This document shows positions 1 through 13,700 of a stretch of 64,000 nucleotides of DNA, piece after piece. Position 1 is the stretch's first letter. The number at the start of each line of letters is the position of its first letter. The notes beneath the pieces were generated by a model. It had not been told where the DNA came from and made no database searches. It saw only the letters and a program-made list of their open reading frames with translations. The translations under genes and the position numbers were made by a program. The stretch is from Heptranchias perlo (lineage: Eukaryota): positions 31,620,001-31,684,000 of the forward strand of contig NC_090337.1 of assembly GCF_035084215.1 (NCBI RefSeq), given 5' to 3'.

Positions 1-1109
1 TCTGGTTTGTACAATAATGCCCTTACCTGAGGATCACTATGAAGACCCACCACTGATGCCACCCATTGTGTCACTGCAGAGTGGGTGCAGGTGTATTTGC
101 AGGGCTCTTTTGTGCAGACGGCTGAGAGACGTCGGCGATGTCCTCGGTTGCACCCTGGAAGGATGCGGAGGAGAAGTTGTTGAGGGCAGTATGACTTTGA
201 CAGCGACAGGTAAGAAGATTGTGCTCGGGCCAGCCAGGAGCAGCATGGCATGAAGGAGGCTGCAGATGTCCACGACTACATGTCGACTGACTCTGAGCCT
301 CCGTGTGCACTGCTGTTCAGAGAGGTCCAGCAAGCTGAGCCTCGGTCTGTGGACCCTGTGGCGAGGGTAGTGCCCTCTGCGACGCATCTCTCTCTGCGGT
401 AGCCCTCCCTCCTGCTGTACAGGTGGATGTGTCACAGCGCTCTGTTGTGGAGCTCCATGTGTCACAGGTGGATGGCGTGGATGGCGAGGCTGGTGAGGCT
501 GGTGATGCTGTTCGCCCTCCGAGGAGGTCATGACTGCAGCTACGGCGGCCCCCATCCGGAAGATGTACATCTGAGGGGGTCCGCAAGGTAGGTACATGTC
601 TCTGGACCCCGGGGTAAGTGTGCAAGTTGGTGACTTTGATTGTCAGGAGGAGGGTGGTGGAGGCCAAACTTTGTCACAAGTGACAGAGTGGCCTCCTGCA
701 ATGAGTGAGGGTCTCCCCCCCCCCCCCCGCCCCCCACCTGTCAAATGGACCTTTGCAGCTGTCACAGGCTCACAGCTGCAACAGGTCCATTTGAACTGGG
801 AGTGTTTCCCCCAGTGTGGGAAACAGTCCCAGTTTGCTTTAAAATCCCACCCCTCCTCACATAATCCCTTAATCAGGTCAGTTAATGACCTGAACAGGCA
901 AAATAAATAGCTTCAAGTGGCATCCCGCTGGCTTTAATTGCCTGCGGGATTCCCACCAGCGGGGGCTGCGTGCGCACGCCGGCGCGTCAGTGGGGAACCC
1001 GGAAGTGGGCGGGTTGGAGTCGGGCTCCCAACCCACTCCGGGATTCTCCGATTTTCGGAGCCCCCCCCCGCCAGGAACGCACCCGATAGCGGGTGCTAAA
1101 ATGATGCCC
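1..1109 (-). mobile_element. PIF/Harbinger DNA transposon remnant: N-terminal part of a HARBI1-like transposase plus one element terminus (runs off the window start)
   Basis: ORFs 37..597 and 71..310 give LDLSEQQCTRRLRVSRHVVVDICSLL...LPVAVKV / ALNNFSSASFQGATEDIADVSQ, the HARBI1-type HTH region, split by a frameshift. The GC-rich end (...GCTAAAATGATGCCC) resembles the ends at 22246 and 44883. Confidence 0.8.
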
Positions 1110-1661
1110 TATATCTCTGAATGAGTGTAACACTTACCCCATTGTTCTACATGATCTGTGCAGAAGGAGAGAGTGGATTTTCCTTCCATTCATAATTTTG
1201 ATTGATTGGCTTTAATTTTTTTAAATTTGAAGTGATGGCTGGGCTCCAATCCAATAGAGAATGGAGTCTGTTCTAAGATATCTTCATTTGCAATTATCTG
1301 TTTGCAGCTTGAAAGGGAAGTAAGCATATTTGAGAACTGCTCCAAGGGGTTTAACCTCAAACCAGGACCCCTTTATATGCATATAGGAAGGAGATCAGAA
1401 TTCCAGTGTAAGACGAGACTGCCTACCTTTGTTTACATGCAAGCACTTTTTGAGAGGAATGGAGAAATACCCAGCTTGTATCCAAACCCAGTTTTTACAT
1501 TGCATAAATATGTGAACTGTATTTCATGTGTATACAATACCTGAATCCTATAAGCAGAGTATTGGTTCAATGCACTTAATTGAGAAAGGTATAGCTTGGA
1601 GTTCACATCAGATGCATATAAAGTGTAATAATTGCTTTCCTTTTTTCTTCATTTATCAAAG

Positions 1662-1786
1662 GGAAGATGTGGAATCTGATCTAATATTTCTTGGATTACT
1701 GATTCTGGAGAACAAACTGAAGCCGCAAACAATCCCTGTTTTATCTGAGTTGTCCAATGCCAGGATTCGAACAGTTATGATCACAG
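1662..1786 (+). CDS. ATP13A4: ATP13A4/5-like exon ([41 protein letters not shown])
   Basis: Pyrimidine tract plus AG at 1660-1661; donor CAG|GTGCTT; N/P-domain junction motif. Confidence 0.92.
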
Positions 1787-4700
1787 GTGCTTGGGAAATT
1801 CATTATGGCTTACTCTATTTATTATAAGTATGCTTATGGATTACCTGATGGTTTAGTTAGTTAAGGCAGTGAATAGTTGAGCCATACAGATCAGGAAAAT
1901 CCCAAGTTCAATCCTCGGTTTGTACTAAGTTAGCCAACCCCAAACAATGGGTGATAGCAGTGTTACAATTGGCCTGAGATCCCAAGGAAAAAAATTAGCC
2001 AGAGTTCCCACTCCTACTTACTGTCTAATGATTGGTGTGGATGTCAGGTAAGACCACAATTGGGCTCCATGGCCCAGTAGCCTGCTGACACTCACAGCCT
2101 AGGCTCGCACATAAAGGGTAATCAGTTCGATAAGGTGCCCAGTGGCTGAGATATCTTTGTTGTTTGCTATGTGATGGATTAAATTCTATTATTTCTCTGC
2201 ACACTATGACATTTTTGGTATATTAGACAAATTTATGCACTGTTCCATTCTGGATGTCTGTTGTGACACATTTTTGATATTTCAACGTCCAGATCAGGTG
2301 AAGGATCGGGAAGGGGCACTAGGCATAAGGATAGGGAGGGCTTCAGGCATGGAGGCAGAGATGGTATGGGAGGGGATTAGGAGTTTTTTTTAAAATTAGG
2401 ATCTCCCCTGAATTGGGCACTGTGTGGCTGAAGTGCTGCTCAGGTGCTCCTGTTGCGTTATGGAATCGATACTGTAGGGGAAGCTCGAATTTAAAAAAAG
2501 TTACCATCCCTGTGCCATCTCTGCCCCCATGCTGAAGCCCCACTGCCCCATGCTTGGTGCCCTTCCCCAAACTTGATCTGGGCATTCAAATTAATCTGAT
2601 CTGATATTAAAATATCAAAAATGTGTAACAACAGTCCTTCACTGGCCAATGAATCATTTGTGATGGTCCCAGAGTACCAAAAAATTCTTCAAATGAACTG
2701 ACTTCACGTAATTGGGTAAGATCAACTTATTCTTTCACAGATGTGCGGACACCTGTGTTGGTCAGTGGCAATGCTGCCCAAGGGTCAAGTTTTAAGCCCC
2801 TATATATTTTAATGCCAAATAAGTTTGAAATATTTTTTAGATCTTTTTCAGGAAGCTCACCTCTGTCTTTTTAAAGAAATGCTCCTTGAACTGGCTCCCA
2901 ATCAAACCTCTTTAATTTGCTATCTTATAAATATTCAAAGACACTGGATATTTAGAGAGGAATTCTACAGTGACCTATGCATCATTTGCTAGCTCTAGTG
3001 GATGATGAAATCATGTCCCAGGTAGACACTTCCCATTAAAATAATTAATGTTTGAATAATCTGAATATTTAGATTCAGGAACTCCTGAACTAAGGCGTTC
3101 AGAGATGTAATATTTTTGTGCCTAAGCTATGGTTTACATTCCATTTGGAATGTATTTTAAATGTTATTAGTGCCACCTGCTTAGAAATTAGATCTAATCA
3201 GACAAACATTGGCTGGGATTACCTGAAACAAATGGCACTGTGCTCCCAAACACTGAATAGAATTTTTCAGTTGCGACCCTCAATAAGAAATGTTGGCAGT
3301 ATTAGAGATGAAAGCTTAATACATTCATATGACATTCCCCTGTGTGCTATTTTATGTAGGTGTTAACCCATGAGTTGATGCCTCTGCTAAGTTAGCAAAA
3401 GAACATCATATGAATGCATGAAGCATTTGTCCAGCAATGGCGTCAACAGCCATCTCTAGGTTGTATTGCTTTCAGTGCACTTGATTTTGAGTCACACAAG
3501 GAGAGTTGTGGGCTTCCTATTCTGGACACTCCGACTCTCCCTCCCAAAACCCCCTCCCCGCCACTTACTTGCAAGCCAATAGACGCTCTGCAGCCAGCAG
3601 ATGCACTGCGCCCTCTTCCTGCCCGGAAGGCGACATGTAAATGAGGTCCAGTGGTTAAAATCTCCAAAGGCCTCCTGCTGCCAGGCGAGAAATTAACTCG
3701 CCAGAGCAGGTTCCTACCGGAAATTTGCTCCAAGTTAAGATCACCTCCCCCCCCAACCCCGTTGAGTTGAGTTGCTCGACATATCGTCGTTTGATCCAAA
3801 CAGTAGACAAGGCTGAGTTGTATGTCAATGGGACAATGATGTTTGCCTTTCACAACTTCCTCAAGTGAATAATTCCTTCAATGACATAAGCCTAAAGGTA
3901 GGATTGAGGAAGAGATTAGCGAAAGTAAATATGGGTCCCTCAGAGGCAGAGACAGGAGAAATTATAATGGGGACTAGGGAAATGGCAGAGACATTAAACA
4001 AATATTTTGTATCTGTCTTCACAGTAGAAGATACAAAAAACATACCAGAATTAATGGGGAACCAAGGGTCTAATGAGAGTGAGGAACTTAAAGTAACTAA
4101 GAAAAAGTACTGGAGAAATTAATGGGACTAAAAGCCAACAAATCCCCTGGATCTGATGGCCTACATCCTATGGTTTTAAAAGAGCCGGCTGCAGAGATAG
4201 AACGGTCCCCGTGGATTGGAAAGTAGCAAATGCAACCCTGCTATTCAAAAAAGGAGGGAGAGAGAAAACAGGGAACTATAGGCCAGTTAGCCTGACATCA
4301 GTAGTAGGGAAAATGCTAGAATCTATTATTAAGGATGTGGTAACAGGGCACTTAGAAAATCATAATATGATTAGGCAGAGACAACACGGTTTTATGAAAT
4401 GGAAATCATGTTTGACACATCTATTAGAATTTTTTGAGGGTGTAACTAGCAGGGTAGATAAGGGGGAAACCAGTGGATGTAGCATATTTGGATTTTCAAA
4501 AGGCATTTGATAAGGTGCCACATAAAAGGTTGTTATGCAAGATAAGGGCTCATGGGGTTGAGGGTAACATATTAGCATGGATAGAGGATAGGTTAACGGA
4601 TAGAAAATAGAGTAGGGATAAACAGGTCATTTTCAGGTTGGCAGGCTGTAACTAGTGGGGTACCACAAGGATCAGTGCTTGGGTCTCAACTGTTTACAAT

Positions 4701-7700
4701 ATATATCAATGACTTAGATGAGGGGACTGAGTGTAATGTATCCAAGTTTGGTGACGATACAAAGCTAGGTGGATAAGTAAGCTGTGAGGATGCAAATAAT
4801 CTGCAAAGGAATATAGACAGGTTAGGTGAGTGGGTGGCAAGGTGGCAAGGAGTATAATGTGGGGAAATGTGAAATTATCCACTCTGGTAGGAAGAATAGA
4901 AAAGCAGAATATTTTTTAAAAGGTGAGAGACTAGTAAATTGGTATTCAGAGAGATTTGGGTGTCCTTGTACACGAATCACAAAAAGTTAACATGCAGGTA
5001 CAGCAAGCAATTAGGAAGGCAAATGGGGCATTAGCCTTTATTGCAAGGGGGTTGGAGTATAAGAGTAAGGAGATCTTGCTGTAATCATTTAGGGCTCTGG
5101 TGAAGCCACACCTGGAGTACTGTGTACAGTTTTGGTCTCCTTACCTAGGGAAAGATATACTTGCCTTAGAGGGGGTACAACGAAGGTTCACTAGATTGAT
5201 TCCTGGGATGAGAGGGTTGTCCTATGAGGAGAGATTGAGTAGAATGGGCCTATATTCTCTGGAGTTTAGAAGAATGAGAGGCGATCTCATTGAAACATAT
5301 AAAATTCTTAGAGGGCTTGACAGGGTAGGTGCTGAGAAGCTGTTTCCCCAGCTGGAGAGTCTAGAACTAGGAGGCATAGTCTCAAGATAAGGGGTCGACC
5401 ATTTAGGACCGAGGTGAGGAAAAATTTCTTCATTCAGAACGTTGTAAATCTTTGGAATTCTCTACCCCAAAGGGCTATGGATGCTCATTCGTTGAGTATA
5501 TTTAAGACTGAGATCAATAGATTTTTGAACACTAAGGGAATCAAGGGGTGTGGGGATAGGGCAGGAAAGTGGAGTTGAGGTAGAAGATCAGCCATGATCT
5601 TATTGAATGGCAGAGCAGGCTCGAGGGGCCGCCTGGTCTACTCCTGCTCCTATTTCTTACATTCTTATCTTCTTAAATGAAAAGCATTCAGTATGGCATT
5701 AACTTATTTTTAATGAAATCCCTACATTAATTTGTCACAATCTACACAACAGTATTCTTTAAAACTGATGAGAAACAAGTGGTCCCTATTACAACTATAC
5801 TAACAAGAGCATGATTAAAAGCTTGTGTAATAAGCATTTAATATAATTTTACCCGATGAACAGAGTGATAGGTAAAGCAATTTTTAATAAGCTACAATTT
5901 ATGTAGGACTGAAAATTTGTCAAATACAATGAATGATAATATTCCCTAAAACTTAGGCTTACCTTGCCTTCCAGGGTTGGGATAAGTCTAATACCTTCTT
6001 GAATTATTGGAGAAAGTTTTATTTTTAATTAGTCTAATTTGCATATTAATACTGTATGAAGAGCTTTTCAAAAAAACATACACAGCTGTTGAGTAGGTTG
6101 ATGAACTACTCAAAGCACGCAATTGGAAGGTAATGGGATGATTGTCAATTATTTTTTCTCATTTAGCAGTGGGGCTGTTGCAAACTGTTTTAAAATTGCA
6201 GTCATTATTTTCTACAGGTGATAACTTGCAGACAGCTGTCACAGTGGCTAGAAATGCTGGGATGATCCCATTAGCTCACAAAATCATTTTAATTGAAGCC
6301 TCAAATGCAAAAGAATCTGGTCCAGCATGCATCACCTGGAAGCTAATGGAAAGTGGCAAGGACAATGGTCAGATTTGCACTAATGTAAGCATTGATTGAA
6401 TATTAGGTGCTACTATTCATAACAATGTTGTATTTAATATATATCAGAAAATAATTAGCCGTCAGTGAGTTACAAAGTTATGATTCATCTGAGGAGTTCT
6501 CATGGTAACATTACAAATTGTGAGAATGAAATCTAACCAGTATATCAACAGAACCAATAGTTTGAATTGTCACTTTGTAACTCACAGCCAGCTATTTCAA
6601 ATGATTATGCTTGTGTATGTATGTTGGCCAGTACTTTTTTGTAGTTTATGACATAATGTAACAAGTACTGTAATATTTTTTTAGAAATAGGAGCAGGAGT
6701 AGGCCAATCGGCCCCTCGAGCCTGCTCCGCCATTCAATAAGATCATGGCTGATCTGATCCTAACCTCAAATCTAAATTCATGTCCAATTTCCTGCCCGCT
6801 CCCCGTAACCCCTAATTCCCTTTACTTCGAGGAAACTGTCTATTTCTGTTTTAAATTTATTTAATGATGTAGCTTCCACAGCTTCCTGGGGCAGCATATT
6901 CCACAGACCTACTACCCTCTGAGTGAAGAAGTTTCTCCTCATCTCAGTTTTGAAAGAGCAGCCCCTTATTCTAAGATTATGCCCCCTAGTTCTAGTTTCA
7001 CCCATCCTTGGGAACATCCTTACCGCATCCACCCGATCAAGCCCCTTCACAATCTTATATGTTTCAATAAGATCGCCTCTCATTCTTCTGAACTCCAATG
7101 AGTAGAGTCCCAATCTACTCAACCTCTCCTCATATGTCCGCCCCCTCATCCCCGGGATTAACCGAGTGAACCTTCTATGTACTGCCTCGAGAGCAAGTAT
7201 GTCTTTTCTTAAGTATGGACACCAAAACTGTATGCAGTATTCCAGGTGCGGTCTCACCAATACCTTATATAACTGCAGCAATACCTCCCTGTTTTTATAT
7301 TCTATCCCCCTAGCAATAAACGCCAACATTCCGTTGGCCTTCTTGATCACCTGCTGCACCTGCATACTAACTTTTTGATTTTCTTGCACTAGGACCCCCA
7401 GATCCCTTTGTACTGCAGTACTTTCCAGTTTCTCGCCATTAAGATAATAACTTGCTCTCTGATTTTTCCTGCCAAAGTGCATAACCTCACATTTTCCAAT
7501 ATTGTATTGCATCTGCCAAATCTCCGCCCACTCACCCTGCCTGTCTATATCCCCTTGTAGGTTTTTTATGTCCTCCTCACTCTCCACTTTCCCTCCCATC
7601 TTTGTATCATCTGCAAACTTTGATATGTTACACTTGGTCCCCTCCTCCAAATCGTTAATATAGATTGTAAAGAGTTGGGGACCCAGCATTTGAGGCTTTT

Positions 7701-10700
7701 TCAATAGTGGATTAGTGATTTATATATTTTATTTTATGATACATAAAATAAATTACTTAGCATCAAATTAAAGCTTTTAATTCGTTACTACAGTATGAGT
7801 TATTTGTTCAAATGTTACTTATAGGCCCCATAAGCTCTGATTTCATAGTTATTAACACCATCTGAACCACTTTGCCTTGTAACCTTGTAACACACACCCA
7901 CATATATTATTAGTAGTAATATTTTTGGCTCTATACCTTTACTCTAATAGTATGATAAACAAAATATTTGCATGTTCAAGGAAACTAAAATTCCCATAGA
8001 TGGTTTTGAAAAGAAGAAAGACTTTCATTTTGCTATGACTGGAAAATCCTATGAAATTCTAATTCAACACTTCTATCATTTACTACCTAAGGTAAGTTAT
8101 CTAATACAAAGGATATCTATATAATCATACTTTTCTTAAATGATGTCCTTGTGCTTGTACAACAATATTAGTAAGTACTACTCTGAGTTAACTTTCTGAA
8201 TTGTATTTTCATTTCAGTTGCTTATAAGTGCTACAGTTTTTGCCAGAATGTCACCAAACCAGAAGGGAAGCCTAATAGAGGAGTTTCAAAAATTGGAGTA
8301 AGTTTTATAAATGTATAGTTTTTGACCAAGATAAAGACATACTAAGTCAAACAAAAATTGTTTGCCCAATGTACGGATTGGTCTTCAGTGAACCCCATCA
8401 GCCATGAATATTATTTTACCATGATTTTAAACGTATGCTTTTCAGTTGATAATTCACTGCAAAAACAGGCCAAACTGGATATCCATTTTGATTCATTTTT
8501 AGGTCAATAATGCTGTAAGATAGTATTCCTTATTAAAATTATCATCAATGGGTAAATGTATGGTAAATACTTTACAATAGATATTTTTTAAAAGCATTTA
8601 TTTTCTTATTACTTTCAATTGAATTTATTCGCCTGTCATCTGGTGGCATTCTGACCATAAATCCAAAATGGGAGCTAAAACAATTAATTTCCTTTCATAG
8701 GTCTTATGCAAATAAGTTTTCAATGACAATTCTAGCAAATATTCTCTATTCTTTTATGCCAATATTTTTTTCAGTTTTCCTTTTCTCTATAACTTTATAT
8801 TCGAAAATAGATTAAGAAAAAATTCTGCAATCACAAAATCACAAGATAGATACAGATGTGAAAGACCATTCATTGCACGTTAGCTCATCCATCCAGAACA
8901 AACCTACAATCCACTTTCGTAGTATTTAGCAGTTTCTTAAATGATTCCAGAATGCTGCCTCCATTACAGTCCCTGGAAGTATGGAAATACATTCCACCTG
9001 TCACTCACCTTTGTATAAATTAGAATTTTATTAAATCACATTTGTCCCCTAGTTATTTTTGCAATAATCCCAATGAGTATTTTGTTTTAAATTTTATTTT
9101 AGTGCAGAAGTGATAGTATTATCTTTAGGTCTATAAGCACAGTTAGGAATTGTTTACAATGGCCATTGATATTTAAATTGGTGCATTACAGGACCAATGC
9201 AAATATCTTAAGCAGTGCAATGAATTATCTTTCAACACTTTCAAAGGGCACACGTAGAATATCAAAAGGGGCTTTACATAAAGCTTAATAATCCAGTTAA
9301 AGCGGTAATGTGCACTCTTGAAGAACAGTATCTAGAAAAGAATCATTCTTCTGAGAGTTATAGTGCTAACAATTGGAGTTTTTTGGAAATGACTGACTTT
9401 TTATTTTCCAGTTATTATGTGGGAATGTGTGGAGATGGTGCAAATGACTGTGGGGTGAGTATGCTGGAATTCTAATCAGCAGAATTCAGTTGACCTCCAT
9501 CTGTAAAAGACTTTCTTTTTTTATTTTAGACCACATACAATAGAATCTCCATAAAAATTCTTTTCAGATACATTATAACAGAGAACAGACAGTACTAAGA
9601 AAAGAATCACAGTGGCAAAACCAAAATTACCCCACAGCCAGTATACTGTAATTGATATAGCATTAATATTTACATATAATTTACTAACTAATTTGTAGTA
9701 TTAACAGAATACAACTTGAAGATTAGTACAACATGAATTCTATCTTACATATAGGATAGAAATCATTTAGTTTTAGTTGATTTAGTATAGCTATAAAGTG
9801 AAGAAACTAGGTAATTTTTGATCATAGCTTTTTAATCTTGCAGAAAAATAATTATTTGCATTGAAATGAATGGAACTGGTAGATAATCTCCTCATGTTCA
9901 AGTTATGTCATTCAAAGTGTGGACAGTTGTAGTTTTTATCAAATTTAAATGTTTATCTACAGTGAATATGAAAATCTCAGTTTTTTGGTGTGGATAAAGA
10001 AAATCTACACGATTACAAGTAAAGAAAGTGAAATTATGTAAAGAACATACCAGTAATGCAAGAACTGAACAAATTATAACAAACCAGTCAAGGACAGAGG
10101 TTTCCCTAACTTCACGATCTGCTTATATATATAATCTGCTTCATATAGCCAACATTTTCATCTTCCAGCTCCCATTCCCAGAAACTAATTGAAACTGTGG
10201 TAATTCATTCTCTAAACTCTGTTAATGTCTTTCAGTAAAACAAAACTAGAACTGCGAGGACTTCTGATTCAAAATAGCAATCTAGAGTGAGGAACTTAAA
10301 GGAATCAGAGAAGTAAACAAATGAAAATGTTCAGAAATTGAGGTTCCTCTACTGACTGCTCTTAACCTTTACCTGGTGAGACCTTGAGCAGTATCTAAAT
10401 TTTGTGAAATGAGCAGGCTAACAGGTCTACACCACAGGCGTCTTCACTGACTGCCTTCCTTATATTGTTTAGAGCTTCAATGTGCCTAGAAATGTCACCA
10501 GTTTAGGTACCATGTAGTTTAAAACAGGATTGTTAGGCCTTATAGGTATGAGCCCGATTGAGATCTTGCCTGATGTGAATATCATTCTGCAGCAATCTTA
10601 AAGTAGGTCTGTAACCTTTCCACAAATTAGATAGATGGTAAACCCAAATGCTTTCAGTGGGAGGGCATCATGCCAACCTTGATCCTGCCTTTGCCTGACG

Positions 10701-13700
10701 TCTATGATGTATATTTTTGAGCTGAAGGTGACTGAATAGCAATCAGGAGTGGCAACCCTTGGTAAATTTTCCTCTCAATACCCTGGGGCACTTGGACCAA
10801 TTGTAGCATCCCAATTGGTGCCATCTGAAATCAACAAATTCAGCATGAACCAGGGATCAAACATGGGACCTCCCCATCTGAATAGCATGGCACCACGCCA
10901 TTAATTACAGTTACTCACTAAGCTGCAGGGAAACCTCAAGGATTTGTTTTTAATGGTCATTTGCCATTATATTGTGAGAAAATGTAATAGAAAACTTGCT
11001 TCGTAGTAATACAATTTTATGTCCAATAATATTTGTGCATTGCAAACTAACATAGAGGCACAGAACATTGGAGCACAAACTCATGGCACCATGGAGTAGT
11101 AGGACTGATTTCCCATTTCTTCTGAGTTCCATTCACAGCCATGATATTAAGGTGTAGGGTTTTCTTATTTAGTGGGCTCCAAAGGTTGAGAATCAACCGA
11201 GATTTTATAATTGGTTTTCTAATTTTATTGACATTAAAACACGACAGTTTCCCAGATAATAATACCATATAACCTTGTCTAGGGAACATAACTCAGTACC
11301 AAGGGTGATTAGATCCTAGTTCAGGGAGAGTTGAGCGGTAACTCTTCATCAACAACTTCTTCTTTGAATGCTTCTTATGATCTCCTCAAAATCACTGTAA
11401 GCCTGGGTGTTTTATACTCTTATCTCTCCTTGAGTCCGTGGCTGTGCAGAATAACCATATATAGACTTGTTTTTCTCTGCTTTCAACTGTCAGCAACTGT
11501 AGCCCTTATCGTTTTCTTTATCTCATTGTGTAACGGCAAGCAAGTTTCGAAGAAGATTTGTCCTTGAGGAAAACAGCAAGTCAGCAGTTAGTCTGTAACA
11601 TTTTCTCTCTCTCAAAGCAACTTCAGCAGTAAACAAGATCTAGCATTCTCTTTGATTTTGACCAAGCTGGCAATTTTATTACCCTGTGGCTTATGTTCAA
11701 TTGATGTTTCGATACAATGATCCATTCCTCAGTAGACTATTGATCCAAAATTAGTCTATCTGTAATTTACTTTCAATTGTATTGGCTGCACATGTGCACA
11801 TCCCTCATTTGCTGTCCATACTTTTATCCAATTATGCTCTTTTACCAAGTTTTCACCCTGCTAATCCGGGATTTCAAGTCCATTCCTTTGTCCATTTCAC
11901 AGTTCCCAGGTGAGCATCACCCTGACTGTTTCCGCTTCTTAGGCCTTACTTAGTCTTCCTTAAGAGCAGGCCCCATCAAAAAGCCCAAAATCCTTCAAAG
12001 GTGAGGCCAAGTGCTTTGTATCAGCGAACAAGGGAAAACTGGGCCATTATTAGTTGAGGAAAATTGAGAAATGAGACTTCAGAAAAGAATGAAATGTTTC
12101 TTTTGCTTTCTGAAACAAATTGATTAATCTTCCCTCTTTATATTTTATGGTTGTAAACAATTTTACAACACCAAGTTATAGTCCAGCAATTTTATTTTAA
12201 ATTCACAAGCTTTCGGAGGCTTCCTCCTTCGTCAGGTAAATTTTTTCAAATGTTTAAACATTTACCTGACGAAGGAGGAAGCCTCCGAAAGCTTGTGAAT
12301 TTAAAATAAAATTGCTGGACTATAACTTGGTGTTGTAAAATTGTTTACAATTGTCAACCCCAGTCCATCACCGGCATCTCCACATCATGACTACCATATT
12401 TTATGGTGTAATGGTTGCCCTCTTTAGTGAAACTGGCTATCTTATTAGATTGAACAAATTCAGTAAATATAACTTGAAATTTAAAATTTGCTATCTTTCA
12501 ATTGTAATGAATGGGGGGGGGGGGGGGGATATTCAACATCGCTTCGCCCGTTTTTTTGGTGCAAAATGAAAGATAGAAGCACGAATTTTAGGTCTTGATA
12601 TCCCACGGTAAATCTTCTTCGGAAGTGCGTCGGCTGCCAAATTGGAAGCCGGTGACTTTTAGATCTCCTGAAACATTGGTTGCAGGACCCTGATTGAAAT
12701 TCGTGTATAAATGGCTTGGAGGCCATTCAAGATATGGGCACAAAACTTTTTCAAAGTTTAATTTCTTTGGAGTCAAGAGGAGCCCCCTCTGCATCGCTCT
12801 CGCCCCCCAGGACTACCTGCAGGCCGGCTCCGCGTGGAGCTGGCTGGAAGTCATCAGGCCCCGACCAGTGAGCTGCATCGGGACACCGGATTTTCATCCG
12901 CAGCGCACCTGTTTAATTCAAGTGAGGCTCGATACTGAATTGCAGTCAGAGGTCAGACAGGCAGGGGTCAGACAGGCAGGGACCAGCGCACAAAACAATT
13001 GCTTTACTGACTTGCCGCCCGTTTTGGCCACAATTCAACTTCTTAGCCATTATGTTTGTAGTTTACTACAAAAATGACCTCAGTGAAAATCACAAATCTG
13101 TGGTTTAAAAAACACAATTTCCACAAGACTAATCTAGCTAGGGTTGAAAATAAAAAGAGATGGAGATGTGCACGAGTTGAAATATTTTTATTTCTAGGCT
13201 TTAAAGACTGCTCATGCAGGGATCTCGCTGTCAGAACAAGAGGCCTCTGTAGCTTCACCCTTCACCTCAAAAATTTCCAATATTGACTGTGTTCCATATC
13301 TTATCAAGTAAGTCCACCAGCATCTATTCAAACTTTACAAAAGTTGTGAGAATTTACAATTTGAACAGTCATTTTAGTATGTGATTGTGCTTAAAAATTC
13401 TATTTGGAGAAATAGGTATTTAAGTGTCCAGCTCATGCTGAACCAAAACTATGGAAATTAATTCATACAGGCGACAATATAAGTGCCAGGATATCATTAA
13501 GAATGAATATTGGTTAAGATATTTGACAATTAAGAGCACTTTTAAACATTAACATAATTGTACAAAATTGCAAAGTATTTAATATATGAAGCAAAATAAC
13601 ATGTTTTGGGACCAGCTATTGTGCCTCTTTCTATAAAGTTTCTCAAAATACTGCATGAACCAGAAGCTTATTTTATTTGTAATGCTTTGGGATTGAGGAG

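Larger units (their letters stand above)
12152..12395. mobile_element. Penelope-like element terminal-repeat (pLTR) insertion in inverted configuration, with a 12-bp TSD
   Basis: Perfect inverted repeat 12151-12241 / 12260-12350. Flanked by ATATTTTATGGT at 12140-12151 and 12396-12407. Contains CTGACGA...GAAA followed by AATAAA and GGACTATAACTTGGTGTTGT, typical of pLTRs. Confidence 0.8.

Noticed and set aside
37-597. Host HARBI1 gene or a novel His/Pro-rich protein
   Set aside because: Frameshifted, with several diverged copies in the window and transposon-like ends; best read as a transposon remnant.
1787-1792. Non-canonical splice donor
   Set aside because: CAG|GTGCTT is weak but still GT, and its phase joins correctly to form ITGDN.
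12151-12350. miRNA precursor or transcription terminator
   Set aside because: Perfect 91-bp stem, TSD and hammerhead/pLTR motifs point to a retroelement origin; no small-RNA evidence is available.
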